This document shows positions 1 to 13,101 of a stretch of 32,000 nucleotides of DNA, one piece after another; the stretch's first letter is position 1, and the number at the start of each line of letters is the position of its first letter. Under the pieces are notes generated by a model. It saw only the letters and a list, made by a program, of their open reading frames with translations, did no database searches and was not told the origin of the DNA. The translations under genes and the position numbers were made by a program. The stretch is taken from contig NZ_CP058554.1 in the NCBI RefSeq assembly GCF_014109725.1, positions 4,879,801 through 4,911,800 of the forward strand, read 5' to 3'. The stretch comes from Comamonas piscis (GTDB taxonomy: Bacteria > Pseudomonadota > Gammaproteobacteria > Burkholderiales > Burkholderiaceae_C).

Positions 1-257
1 CGGAAATCCGGAATGTCATGCTTGTGCCCTACCAGCGCCGCGTCCCCGCCTGCGCCCTTTTTATTCGCCGTCAATGCAATCAGCACGCCGGTGAGCGCCA
101 GCAGAATGCCAATCGCAAAGGGGAAGTAGCCCGGCCCCATATGCGCCAGCGAGCCAATGTTGTAGCTCTGCGCCGCATAGGCAGCACTGCCACCGATCAG
201 GACCATCAGCGCACCGCCGTAATAGTCCTTGTTGTAGGTTTTGCCTGGGGCGCTCAT
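1..257 (-). CDS. tctB: Tripartite tricarboxylate transporter TctB-family small membrane subunit (5' part only; the gene runs off the left edge)
   Basis: Not in the ORF track because it is truncated. My translation of the minus strand from ATG (complement of 255-257) gives MSAPGKTYNKDYYGGALMVLIGGSAAYAAQSYNIGSLAHMGPGYFPFAIGILLALTGVLIALTANKKG... The MGPGxFP motif flanked by hydrophobic helices is typical of TctB. An in-frame stop lies upstream at 285-287. The gene sits next to the tctD/tctE-like pair. Confidence 0.75.
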   Translation of the reverse strand, partial: MSAPGKTYNKDYYGGALMVLIGGSAAYAAQSYNIGSLAHMGPGYFPFAIGILLALTGVLIALTANKKGAGGDAALVGHKHDIPDF

Positions 258-369
258 GGTCGCCCCCTGGCAGGCGCCGCGCGCCTAGGGGCACCCGGCA
301 GGGTGGTCCAGCATGTACACATCTTCGTCTCCTTCTTTTACAACTTTGCACAGAAAGTCTAGAAAACGA

Positions 370-389
370 AGCTGCCAAACAGCTGCCAA
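370..389 (-). promoter_or_regulatory. Perfect 9-bp direct repeat AGCTGCCAA x2 with 11-bp period (TTGGCAGCT-GT-TTGGCAGCT on the gene strand) in the tctE-tctB spacer. Candidate OmpR-family (TctD-like) response-regulator site.
   Basis: Read directly: 370-378 and 381-389 are identical. It lies about 115-130 nt upstream of the tctB ATG in a lower-GC 199-nt spacer. Confidence 0.3.
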
Positions 390-456
390 TCGGGCGGCAT
401 GGTTCAAAAATACGTAAATCTACTTAGCGAAAACCGTCCCGCAAAAGACAGTGGAA

Positions 457-1995
457 TCAGGCGCTTGCGGAGGCCAGCGGCAGACGGATACGGATCAGCA
501 GGCCCGGCCGGCCCTCGTCTTCCCCTGCGCCATGGGCCAGCACCAGTTCGCCCTGAAAGCGTTGCACATAGGCGCGGGCAATCGCCAGACCCAGGCCCGA
601 GCCACCGGGCGCCTGCGCCGCATCGGCCTGCAGGCGGCTGAAGCGGGCCAGCGCGCGCTCGCGGTCCTGCGCTGCAATGCCGGGGCCGTTGTCCTGCACG
701 CGGATCTCCACCCAGCCCGGCTCGCGCAGCACCGCCACATTGATATGCCCCTGCGCAGGGGTGTAGACGATGGCGTTGTGGACCAGGTTGGCGACCAGCT
801 CATACACGGCGGTGGCGGGCGCCTTCACAGGTGCGGCCATCGGCAGCTGTGCGCTATCGTCGCCGCTCGCAGCATCGTCTTCGTCAAAATCCTGACCGCG
901 CACATCGGTCCAACCCAGGTCCTGCTGCTTGTCCAAGGCCAGCGGCAAATAGGCCAGCACCACCTCGCGAGCCACCGCATTGGCGTCGCAAAGCGCTGCC
1001 TCGCTGGCCATGGGCGACGCAGGCTGGCTGGCATGGGCCAGCGCCAGCAGCTGCTCGGACACGCGGCGGCCCCGCTGCAGTTGCTGCAGCATGCTGCGCA
1101 AGGTCGACTGCACGGCCTCGGGATCGGTCTCGCGCAGGGCATAACCGGCCTGGGTGGTCAGAATGGCCAGGGGCGTGCGCAGCTGGTGCGAGGCATCGGC
1201 CAGGAACTGGCGCTGCTGGGCCAGCGCATCGCGTTGCTGCGCCAGGTGCAGATTCATTGCATCGACCAGGGGGCGCACTTCGCCGGGCACATCGGTGGTC
1301 GCCAGCGGCTCCAGATCGTCGCTGCGGCGCTGCTGCACGGCGCGGCGCAAGGCCTGCAACGGGCGCAGGCCCCAGGCCACGCCCAGCCACACCACCAGCA
1401 CCAAGACCAGCAGGGTACGGCCATCGCGCAGCAGGCTGTCCCACATGAGGCTGCGCACCGTGCGCTCAATACCTGCGCTGGTCTGCGCCGACTGGATCAG
1501 CACCCGCCATTCCTGGCCCGCCTGGTCATGCAGCACGCGCAGCATGGCCAACACCCGCACCGGCTGGTGGTCCACCTCGGCGGCATAGAACACCCGCGTG
1601 CCATCGGCTGCCGCACGAAAGGGCCGGCTGGCATCGGCAGGGTCCTGCGCCGGCTCCGGAAACTGGTCCGCCCCCAGCAACAGCCGGAGCTGCGCGCCAT
1701 CGGGTGTCTGCAGCTGCACCCGCAAAAACTTGCGCCGGCTGCTCACGGCCTCGAACATCGAGATGACATGCAGGGGCCCGTCCAGGCTCAGCTGCCCTTC
1801 GCTGTCCCAGCCCAGGCCGTCCGACAAGGCCTGCGCCGGCTCCAGCAGGCTCTGGTCATAGGCATGGGCCAGCTCCCGCGCCAGGCTCACGCTGTCGCGC
1901 CAGCTGTCGAGCACCAAGAGCCCCGTCAACACGGGCACCAGCACCCACAAAAGCCGCAGACGCAGGCCGTGAGAGACGCGGGAATGCCAGCGCAT
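457..1995 (-). CDS. tctE: Two-component sensor histidine kinase, TctE-like
   Basis: 512-aa ORF. It has an N-terminal TM plus periplasmic region and a second TM. H-box is SHQLRTPLAIL. C-terminal HATPase motifs are present (NLVHNAIVYTP, DNGPGI, GGSGLGLAIA). It starts 5 nt after the response-regulator stop. Confidence 0.88.
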   Translation of the reverse strand: MRWHSRVSHGLRLRLLWVLVPVLTGLLVLDSWRDSVSLARELAHAYDQSLLEPAQALSDGLGWDSEGQLSLDGPLHVISMFEAVSSRRKFLRVQLQTPDGAQLRLLLGADQFPEPAQDPADASRPFRAAADGTRVFYAAEVDHQPVRVLAMLRVLHDQAGQEWRVLIQSAQTSAGIERTVRSLMWDSLLRDGRTLLVLVLVVWLGVAWGLRPLQALRRAVQQRRSDDLEPLATTDVPGEVRPLVDAMNLHLAQQRDALAQQRQFLADASHQLRTPLAILTTQAGYALRETDPEAVQSTLRSMLQQLQRGRRVSEQLLALAHASQPASPMASEAALCDANAVAREVVLAYLPLALDKQQDLGWTDVRGQDFDEDDAASGDDSAQLPMAAPVKAPATAVYELVANLVHNAIVYTPAQGHINVAVLREPGWVEIRVQDNGPGIAAQDRERALARFSRLQADAAQAPGGSGLGLAIARAYVQRFQGELVLAHGAGEDEGRPGLLIRIRLPLASASA

Positions 1996-2000
1996 GGCAG

Positions 2001-2699
2001 CTAGGCCGATGGGGCCGCGCCAGGATGCTGGGGCGCGGTGGATTCGAGCATATAGCCCAGACCGCGCACGGTGACCACTTGCACATCGCCGCCGGCCAGC
2101 TTGCGCCGCAGCCGGTGCAGCACCTGCTCAATCGCATCGGGGCTGACGCTGCTGTCCTGCGGAAACACCTTGGCCGTCAGCTTGGATTTGCCGACGGGCG
2201 CACCCGGGCGCGCCATCAAGGCTTCCAGCGCAGCATGCTCGCGCGGGGTCAGCGCCAGCATCTGCTCGGCCAGCCAAAAGGTGTGGTGGCTGCTGTCATA
2301 GCGCAGCGATCCGCAGTGCTGCACGGCCTGCACCCTGCCCTGGCTGCGCCGGTACAACGCAGCGAGCCGGGCCTCCAACTCGGCCACTTCAAAAGGTTTG
2401 GTCAGGTAGTCGTCGGCGCCCCGGTGCAGGCCTTCGACCCGGTCCTGCACCGCGCCTTGCGCCGTCAGCACCAGCACCGGCTCACGCCGGCCCTGCGCGC
2501 GCATGGCGGATAGCCAGTCAAAGCCATGCTGGTCGGGCAGTTGCAGGTCTAGCACCACCACGTCAAAGGGGCCGTCCTGCAGCAGGCGGCTGGCCATGGC
2601 GGCATGCGAGGCATGGACGGCTTCGATGGTCGATTGCTTGAGCGCACGCACCAGCCAGGCCGCCATTTCCAGCTCGTCTTCAATCAGCAATATGCGCAT
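2001..2699 (-). CDS. tctD: OmpR/PhoB-family response regulator, TctD-like
   Basis: MRILLIEDE...DLQLPD...receiver domain plus winged-helix C-terminus (LALTPRE...HRLRRKL...VRGLGYMLE), closely resembling Salmonella TctD. I prefer the ATG at 2699; the track start at 2705 is a TTG two codons upstream. Confidence 0.88.
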   Translation of the reverse strand: MRILLIEDELEMAAWLVRALKQSTIEAVHASHAAMASRLLQDGPFDVVVLDLQLPDQHGFDWLSAMRAQGRREPVLVLTAQGAVQDRVEGLHRGADDYLTKPFEVAELEARLAALYRRSQGRVQAVQHCGSLRYDSSHHTFWLAEQMLALTPREHAALEALMARPGAPVGKSKLTAKVFPQDSSVSPDAIEQVLHRLRRKLAGGDVQVVTVRGLGYMLESTAPQHPGAAPSA

Positions 2700-2765
2700 G
2701 CTCAACCACCCGCTCGTGGAGCCACAAAGAGCGCGATCATACGCCCGAAGGCGCGCCGCGCGTGG

Positions 2766-2873
2766 CTACTCCTGGATCGGCGAGGGAATGCCCGGTGTCG
2801 GCACCGGTGGCGGCTGGTTGGGCGCGGGGTCTTTGACGGGCGGCGCTTCCGGGTGGCGGGGGTCGATATGCAT
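2766..2873 (-). CDS. Candidate 35-aa proline-rich small protein or leader peptide (MHIDPRHPEAPPVKDPAPNQPPPVPTPGIPSPIQE)
   Basis: AAGGAG lies 6 nt upstream of the ATG (complement of 2871-2873); TAG stop at 2766-2768. About 82% G/C at third codon positions, consistent with coding bias in this genome. Not in the ORF track because it is too short. Confidence 0.35.
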   Translation of the reverse strand: MHIDPRHPEAPPVKDPAPNQPPPVPTPGIPSPIQE

Positions 2874-2916
2874 CAAAGGCTCCTTGAGAATCATCTCAGC
2901 GCATTGTGCCCAGCGC

Positions 2917-2949
2917 TGGCAGGGCGCGCTGTCAGCAAACGCCCTGCCA
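2917..2949 (-). terminator. 10-bp GC-rich hairpin (TGGCAGGGCG / CGCCCTGCCA, 13-nt loop) 15 nt downstream of the uvrA stop. Possible terminator, but there is no U-tract.
   Basis: Inverted repeat read directly. The lack of a trailing T-run keeps confidence low. Confidence 0.3.
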
Positions 2950-2963
2950 TCACCGCTGACCGA

Positions 2964-8927
<5,964 letters not shown>

Positions 8928-9115
8928 ACCGATGAGCTATCCAGTAATTCGTTGGCGCAGTAGTGCAGCCGTATAAGCAAGACCCAAGCGGCGTGCCTGG
9001 GGTGCCCCAATACGGAGGTCTGACAAGACTGCGGGGGAGCAAAATGATCGTGACCAACCATTCTAGGGAGTTCGCCCGCCACGCAACGCAGCTTGCGGCA
9101 AAGCCCTGCAAACCA

Positions 9116-9131
9116 CTGTACAAATTTACAG
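9116..9131 (-). promoter_or_regulatory. LexA (SOS) box CTGT-N8-ACAG upstream of uvrA
   Basis: CTGTACAAATTTACAG matches the beta/gammaproteobacterial LexA consensus CTGT-N8-ACAG, with an AT-rich spacer. It lies between the porin terminator and uvrA, about 190 nt upstream of the uvrA ATG. Confidence 0.6.
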
Positions 9132-9178
9132 ATATTAGCAACTCAGCGATCGGCAGGGATCGCATGCCGGATGCGCAT

Positions 9179-9207
9179 AAAAAAACCCGCATCCTCTCGA
9201 ATGCGGG
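9179..9207 (-). terminator. Rho-independent terminator of the porin gene
   Basis: On the minus strand: CCCGCAT-tcgagagg-ATGCGGG followed by TTTTTTT, about 40 nt after the porin stop. Confidence 0.8.
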
Positions 9208-9245
9208 TTGTGAAGCGGAAGGCGCGCTGGGCGCCCAAGGCTTGC

Positions 9246-10223
9246 TTAGAAGTTGTGGCGGATACCAGCAGCGAAGGTGCTGAAGTCGGCGCCGGAAACG
9301 CCGGTGGCGTAGCTGGCGTTGGCCTTGTTGTCGACCTTGGTGTAGCCGGCGTACAGCTTGGAGCGCTTGCTCAGGTTGTAGTTGTAGCCGAGGATCAGCT
9401 GGCGAGCGCCGCTGTTGCTGACGTCATCCCACTTGCCTGCCCAGCCGAAGCCAGCGACGAATTCGGAAGCACCCATCGTGTACATACCGGTCACGCGGGC
9501 AGCATTGCGCTTGCCGCGCAGTTCTTCGTCAGAGCGCTGGTAGTAAGCGCCAACTTGGAAGGCGTTGATGGTGTAGTGAGCGCGCAGGCCCAGTTGCTTG
9601 TCGCCACCGACCTTGGTGAAGCCAGCACCCAGGGCCAGCGGGCCGCTTTCCCAGTTGGCAGCCAGGTCGTAGCCGTTCTTGTCGTTGGTGCCCACAGCCT
9701 TTTCGTGGAACGAGGTCGCGCCTTCGATGGTCAGGCCACCCAGGATCACGGGGGTGCGGTAGGCGATCTTGTTGGAGTCGCGCATCACGTAGGTGTACAG
9801 CGCATCCGACAGCGAACCGGTGTCGTGGTTAGGCTGGTCCAGCACGCCGTAGTCGGCCACTGCGTAATAGGACTCGGCGGTGAAGGTACCCAGACGCAGC
9901 ATACCGAAGCCACCTTCCAGATTCACTTCGCTTTGGCGACGGAAAGTCAGACCACCAGCAGAGCCGGTGCCCGAGCCGTCGTCAGAGTTGAAACCCGATT
10001 CCAGCACGAAGCCAGCCTTCAGGCCGCCACCCAGATCTTCCGTGCCACGGAAGCCGATACGCGATGCGTTGTTGAACAGGCCGGTGGTGGACACATCGCC
10101 CACCTTTTGGCGTTCCACCGAGGTGTTCACACGGCCATAAACCTGCACGCTGCTTTGAGCCAGTGCAGCGGTAGAGCCAGCAACGGCCAGGGTGGCAATC
10201 ATCAAACGATTCAGTGAACGCAT
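9246..10223 (-). CDS. Outer-membrane general porin, Omp32/Gram-negative porin family
   Basis: Signal peptide MRSLNRLMIATLAVAGSTAALA/QSS. N-terminus VQVYGRVNTSVE. Alternating beta-strand pattern. C-terminal ...AAGIRHNF with terminal Phe, as in Delftia Omp32 (...GIRHAF). GAGGA SD upstream. Confidence 0.9.
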   Translation of the reverse strand: MRSLNRLMIATLAVAGSTAALAQSSVQVYGRVNTSVERQKVGDVSTTGLFNNASRIGFRGTEDLGGGLKAGFVLESGFNSDDGSGTGSAGGLTFRRQSEVNLEGGFGMLRLGTFTAESYYAVADYGVLDQPNHDTGSLSDALYTYVMRDSNKIAYRTPVILGGLTIEGATSFHEKAVGTNDKNGYDLAANWESGPLALGAGFTKVGGDKQLGLRAHYTINAFQVGAYYQRSDEELRGKRNAARVTGMYTMGASEFVAGFGWAGKWDDVSNSGARQLILGYNYNLSKRSKLYAGYTKVDNKANASYATGVSGADFSTFAAGIRHNF

Positions 10224-10430
10224 AGTGTCCTCGGGGATGGAGTAATTAAAAATGGTTTGGACGTTGGCGGAACTTGCATAAAGCAGTTACTGCCGGTCAC
10301 ATGGGTTGAATTTTAGGCGGCAGACCCCGTTGGCAGCGCTGAATATCTTGCAGATTTCGAGAGAGTGACGCATCGCTACCACACTTGCATGACAGACCCT
10401 GGTATTAACCATGAGGCCTGGAAAAGGCGC

Positions 10431-10455
10431 AAAAAAACAGCACCCGCAGGTGCTG
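10431..10455 (-). terminator. Rho-independent terminator of the MFS transporter gene
   Basis: On the minus strand: CAGCACC-tgcg-GGTGCTG followed by TTTTTTT. A second hairpin (GCTACGC-cgtac-GCGTAGC) lies just after the stop codon. Confidence 0.8.
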
Positions 10456-10518
10456 TTGGAGTGGAAGGCCGGCGGTGCTACGCCGTACGCGTAGCCTGGC
10501 CCTCTCGCAGGGGTGCGC

Positions 10519-12177
10519 TCAGTCGTTGGCGTAGATATCCACGTCCTTGGTTTCACGCACAAACAAGGTACCGATGACAAAGGTAATGCCGGCAATGATG
10601 ATCGGGTACCACAAGCCGTTGTACATATTGCCGGTCTGGGCCACGATTGCGAAGGCTGTCGTGGGCAGCAGACCGCCAAACCAGCCATTGCCGATGTGAT
10701 AGGGCAGCGACATGGAGGTATAGCGAATCCGGGTCGGGAACATTTCCACCAGCATTGCAGCAATCGGCCCGTAGACCATGGTCACCAGCAGCACCAGGTA
10801 GGTCAACAGCACGACCGTCATGACCTTGTTGGTCTTGGCTGGATCTGCCTTTGCCGGGTAGCCATCCTTGGCCAGGGTTTCCGCCACCGACTTCTTGAAC
10901 GCCGCATCCTTGGCCTTCAGATCGTCACCGCTCAAGCCCGCAGCAGCATAGCTGGGGATCGTGTCGTTGCCGATCTTGATGACGGCCGTCGTGCCAGCAG
11001 GCGCTGCCTCGGTCTCATAGCTCACCGAATTGGCGGCCAGCAGTTGCTTGGCCACGTCGCAGGAGCTGGTGAACTTGGAGGTACCCGTCGGGTTGAACTG
11101 GAAGGAGCACTCAGCCGGGTTGGCGATCACCACCACCTTGTTCTTGGCTTGCGCCGCTGCCAGATCGGGGTTGGCCGCTTCGGTCAGCATCTTGAACACG
11201 GGGAAGTAGGTCAGCACGGCCAGCAGGCAGCCCGCCATGATGATGGGCTTGCGGCCAATCTTGTCAGACAAGGTACCAAAGATCACGAAGAACGGCGTCG
11301 CGATCAGCAGGGCCACCGCAATCATCAGATTGGCGCTCACGGCATCCACCTTGAGCTGTTGCGTCAGGAAGAACAGCGCGTAGAACTGGCCCGTGTACCA
11401 CACCACGGCCTGGCCGGCGGTCAGACCGACCAGTGCCAGGATCACGATCTTCAGGTTTTTCCACTCACCAAACGACTCGCGCAGCGGTGCCTTGGAGGTC
11501 TTGCCTTCGGCTTTCATGCGCTGGAATGCAGGCGATTCAGACAAGGTCATGCGGATCCACACCGACACGCCCAGCAGCAGGATCGACACCAGGAACGGAA
11601 TGCGCCAGCCCCAGTCATTGAAGGCAGGCTCGCCCATGACGGTACGCGTGCCCAAAATCACCAGCAAGGACAGGAACAAGCCCAAGGTTGCCGTGGTCTG
11701 GATCCAGGAGGTGTAGGCACCGCGCTTGCCGTGCGGCGCGTGCTCGGCCACATAGGTGGCTGCGCCGCCGTACTCACCGCCCAAGGCCAGACCTTGCAGC
11801 ATGCGCAGCACGATCAAGATAATGGGCGCTGCCACGCCAATGCTGGCGTAGTTGGGCAAGATACCGACGATGAAGGTCGATGCGCCCATCAGCAAGATGG
11901 TGACCAGGAAGGTGTACTTGCGCCCGATCATGTCCCCCAGGCGGCCAAACACCAGCGCGCCGAAGGGGCGCACGATGAAGCCCGCTGCGAATGCCAGCAA
12001 CGCGAAGATGAAGGCGGATGTTGGGTCCAGTCCGGAGAAGAACTGTTTGGCGATGATGGCCGCCAGCGAGCCGTAGAGATAGAAGTCGTACCACTCAAAA
12101 ACCGTACCGAGTGACGAAGCGAAGATGACTTTGCGCTCTTCCTTCGACATCGGCCGTGCAGCTGCACTGGTTGCCAT
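10519..12177 (-). CDS. MFS transporter, metabolite:H+ symporter (MHS) family, 552 aa with a large loop insertion
   Basis: FEWYDFYLYG near the N-terminus, GRLGDMIGRK motif, 12 predicted TM segments. I prefer the ATG at 12177 (AAGGAGA SD 6-7 nt upstream) over the track start at 12228. Confidence 0.9.
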   Translation of the reverse strand: MATSAAARPMSKEERKVIFASSLGTVFEWYDFYLYGSLAAIIAKQFFSGLDPTSAFIFALLAFAAGFIVRPFGALVFGRLGDMIGRKYTFLVTILLMGASTFIVGILPNYASIGVAAPIILIVLRMLQGLALGGEYGGAATYVAEHAPHGKRGAYTSWIQTTATLGLFLSLLVILGTRTVMGEPAFNDWGWRIPFLVSILLLGVSVWIRMTLSESPAFQRMKAEGKTSKAPLRESFGEWKNLKIVILALVGLTAGQAVVWYTGQFYALFFLTQQLKVDAVSANLMIAVALLIATPFFVIFGTLSDKIGRKPIIMAGCLLAVLTYFPVFKMLTEAANPDLAAAQAKNKVVVIANPAECSFQFNPTGTSKFTSSCDVAKQLLAANSVSYETEAAPAGTTAVIKIGNDTIPSYAAAGLSGDDLKAKDAAFKKSVAETLAKDGYPAKADPAKTNKVMTVVLLTYLVLLVTMVYGPIAAMLVEMFPTRIRYTSMSLPYHIGNGWFGGLLPTTAFAIVAQTGNMYNGLWYPIIIAGITFVIGTLFVRETKDVDIYAND

Positions 12178-12282
12178 GTTGTTGTCTCCTTGTAGTGATG
12201 CCGCTCTTTTGTTTGGCGGACACTGCATTCTTCAAGGAAGCGCTGACCCAAGTCTGACGGTTTTCCAACACAAGCTTGCAGG

Positions 12283-12304
12283 TCGCTGACAATTCGCTGA
12301 CAAA
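12283..12304 (-). promoter_or_regulatory. Tandem direct repeat TCGCTGACAA x2 with 11-bp period upstream of the MFS gene. Candidate transcription-factor site.
   Basis: 12283-12292 and 12294-12303 are identical. A related CGCTGACC copy sits at about 12241-12248. The repeat is 106-127 nt upstream of the start codon in a roughly 50% GC spacer. Confidence 0.3.
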
Positions 12305-12441
12305 CTCCAGTGCAACCCGCAGAAATCGTTTTGCTATGCGGAAAATCGCTGCACTGCAGCATTAACCAAGGGAAAGTCCTAGGCCTGCCAAAACGGCCCA
12401 AAGAGACATTTTGCAGCGCCGTGTAACTGCAATAGCGGCAT

Positions 12442-13089
12442 TCAGCGCTTGGGCAGACCCGAGGGACGGTCTGCCGACGCATCCCATTGCCCGGCGGCAA
12501 ACCAGGCATCGCCGTTCAGGCAGGCGCTCAGCATCGGCAGCCCATCCAGGCCCCAGAACAGCTGCCCATCCACCACCACGCTGGGTACGCCAAACACCCC
12601 GGCGGCGATGGCGGCATCGGTGTTACTGCGCAGCCATTGCTTGGCTTCTTGCTCGGCTGCATCGCCACTGCGCAACTGCTCGGCCAAGGTCAGCTGCAAG
12701 GCCTGCAGCCGCTGCGGATCCAGTGCATCGGCGCCACCCAGCCAGACATGGCGAAAAATCGCATCGGCCGTGAAACGGTTGATGCAGCCGCCCTGCCCCG
12801 TGCGCAAGGCCAGGCGCAGCAAAGGCAATGGGTTGAAGGGGTGCTGCGCAGGCATCTGCAGGCCGCAGCCCTGGCGCTCTCCCAGCCAGCTGACATGGCG
12901 GTAGGTCCATTCGCGCTTGCCGGCAATGCCGGCGGGGCCGGGGTTGGCATGCTGCTGCAGCAAGGCCCCCAGCAGCACGGGCCGGTAGCGCACATGCACG
13001 CTATGGCCTTGCAAGGCCTGGGGCAGCGCATCAAAGGCCAGCCAGGCATAGGGCGAAACAAAGTCCAGGTAGAAATCGATGGTCTTCAT
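12442..13089 (-). CDS. 2-hydroxychromene-2-carboxylate isomerase family protein (DsbA-like thioredoxin fold)
   Basis: MKTIDFYLDFVSPYAWLAF N-terminus and C-terminal GVFGVPSVVVDGQLFWGLDGL are both hallmark segments of the HCCA isomerase/DsbA-like family. AAGGAG SD. Confidence 0.85.
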   Translation of the reverse strand: MKTIDFYLDFVSPYAWLAFDALPQALQGHSVHVRYRPVLLGALLQQHANPGPAGIAGKREWTYRHVSWLGERQGCGLQMPAQHPFNPLPLLRLALRTGQGGCINRFTADAIFRHVWLGGADALDPQRLQALQLTLAEQLRSGDAAEQEAKQWLRSNTDAAIAAGVFGVPSVVVDGQLFWGLDGLPMLSACLNGDAWFAAGQWDASADRPSGLPKR

Positions 13090-13101
13090 ACCTGGCTCCT
13101 T

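Noticed and set aside
18-378. Track ORFs 18-362 (+) and 61-378 (-) at the left edge
   Set aside because: Both overlap a third, unlisted minus-strand frame that gives a convincing TctB N-terminus starting at 257. Their own translations are Arg/Cys/His-rich with no similarity to anything I recognise.
370-389. Sigma-54 promoter-like TGGCAG-N5-TGGCA here, and TGGCTG-N5-TGCA at about 26103-26117
   Set aside because: In both cases the GG-to-GC spacing is off by one nucleotide from the TGGCAC-N5-TTGCW consensus, and no enhancer-binding-protein gene is nearby. I treat the first as a direct repeat instead.
451-2004. 517-aa plus-strand ORF. The same class of ORF occurs at 10513-12114, 12487-13914, 13943-14947, 18806-19828, 19660-21399, 23126-24916, 24429-25490, 26368-27324, 27367-28497, 28999-30264 and 30895-31929.
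   Set aside because: Each is the mirror of a confidently identified gene on the other strand and lacks any domain signature. None is reported as a feature.
8963-9283. 106-aa plus-strand ORF (internal GGGAG-N4-ATG at 9044) in the uvrA-porin spacer. Also minus-strand ORFs 8843-9082 and 8665-9192.
   Set aside because: The plus-strand ORF reads through the LexA box and the porin terminator and into the porin 3' end. The minus-strand ORFs run out of frame into uvrA. Codon bias is mediocre and there are no motifs. The region is better explained as the uvrA promoter and leader.
12380-12441. Terminator after the HCCA-isomerase-like gene
   Set aside because: Only 4-6 bp stems are present (TTGCAG/CTGCAA, GGCC/GGCC) with no convincing U-tract. 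It cannot be supported from sequence alone.
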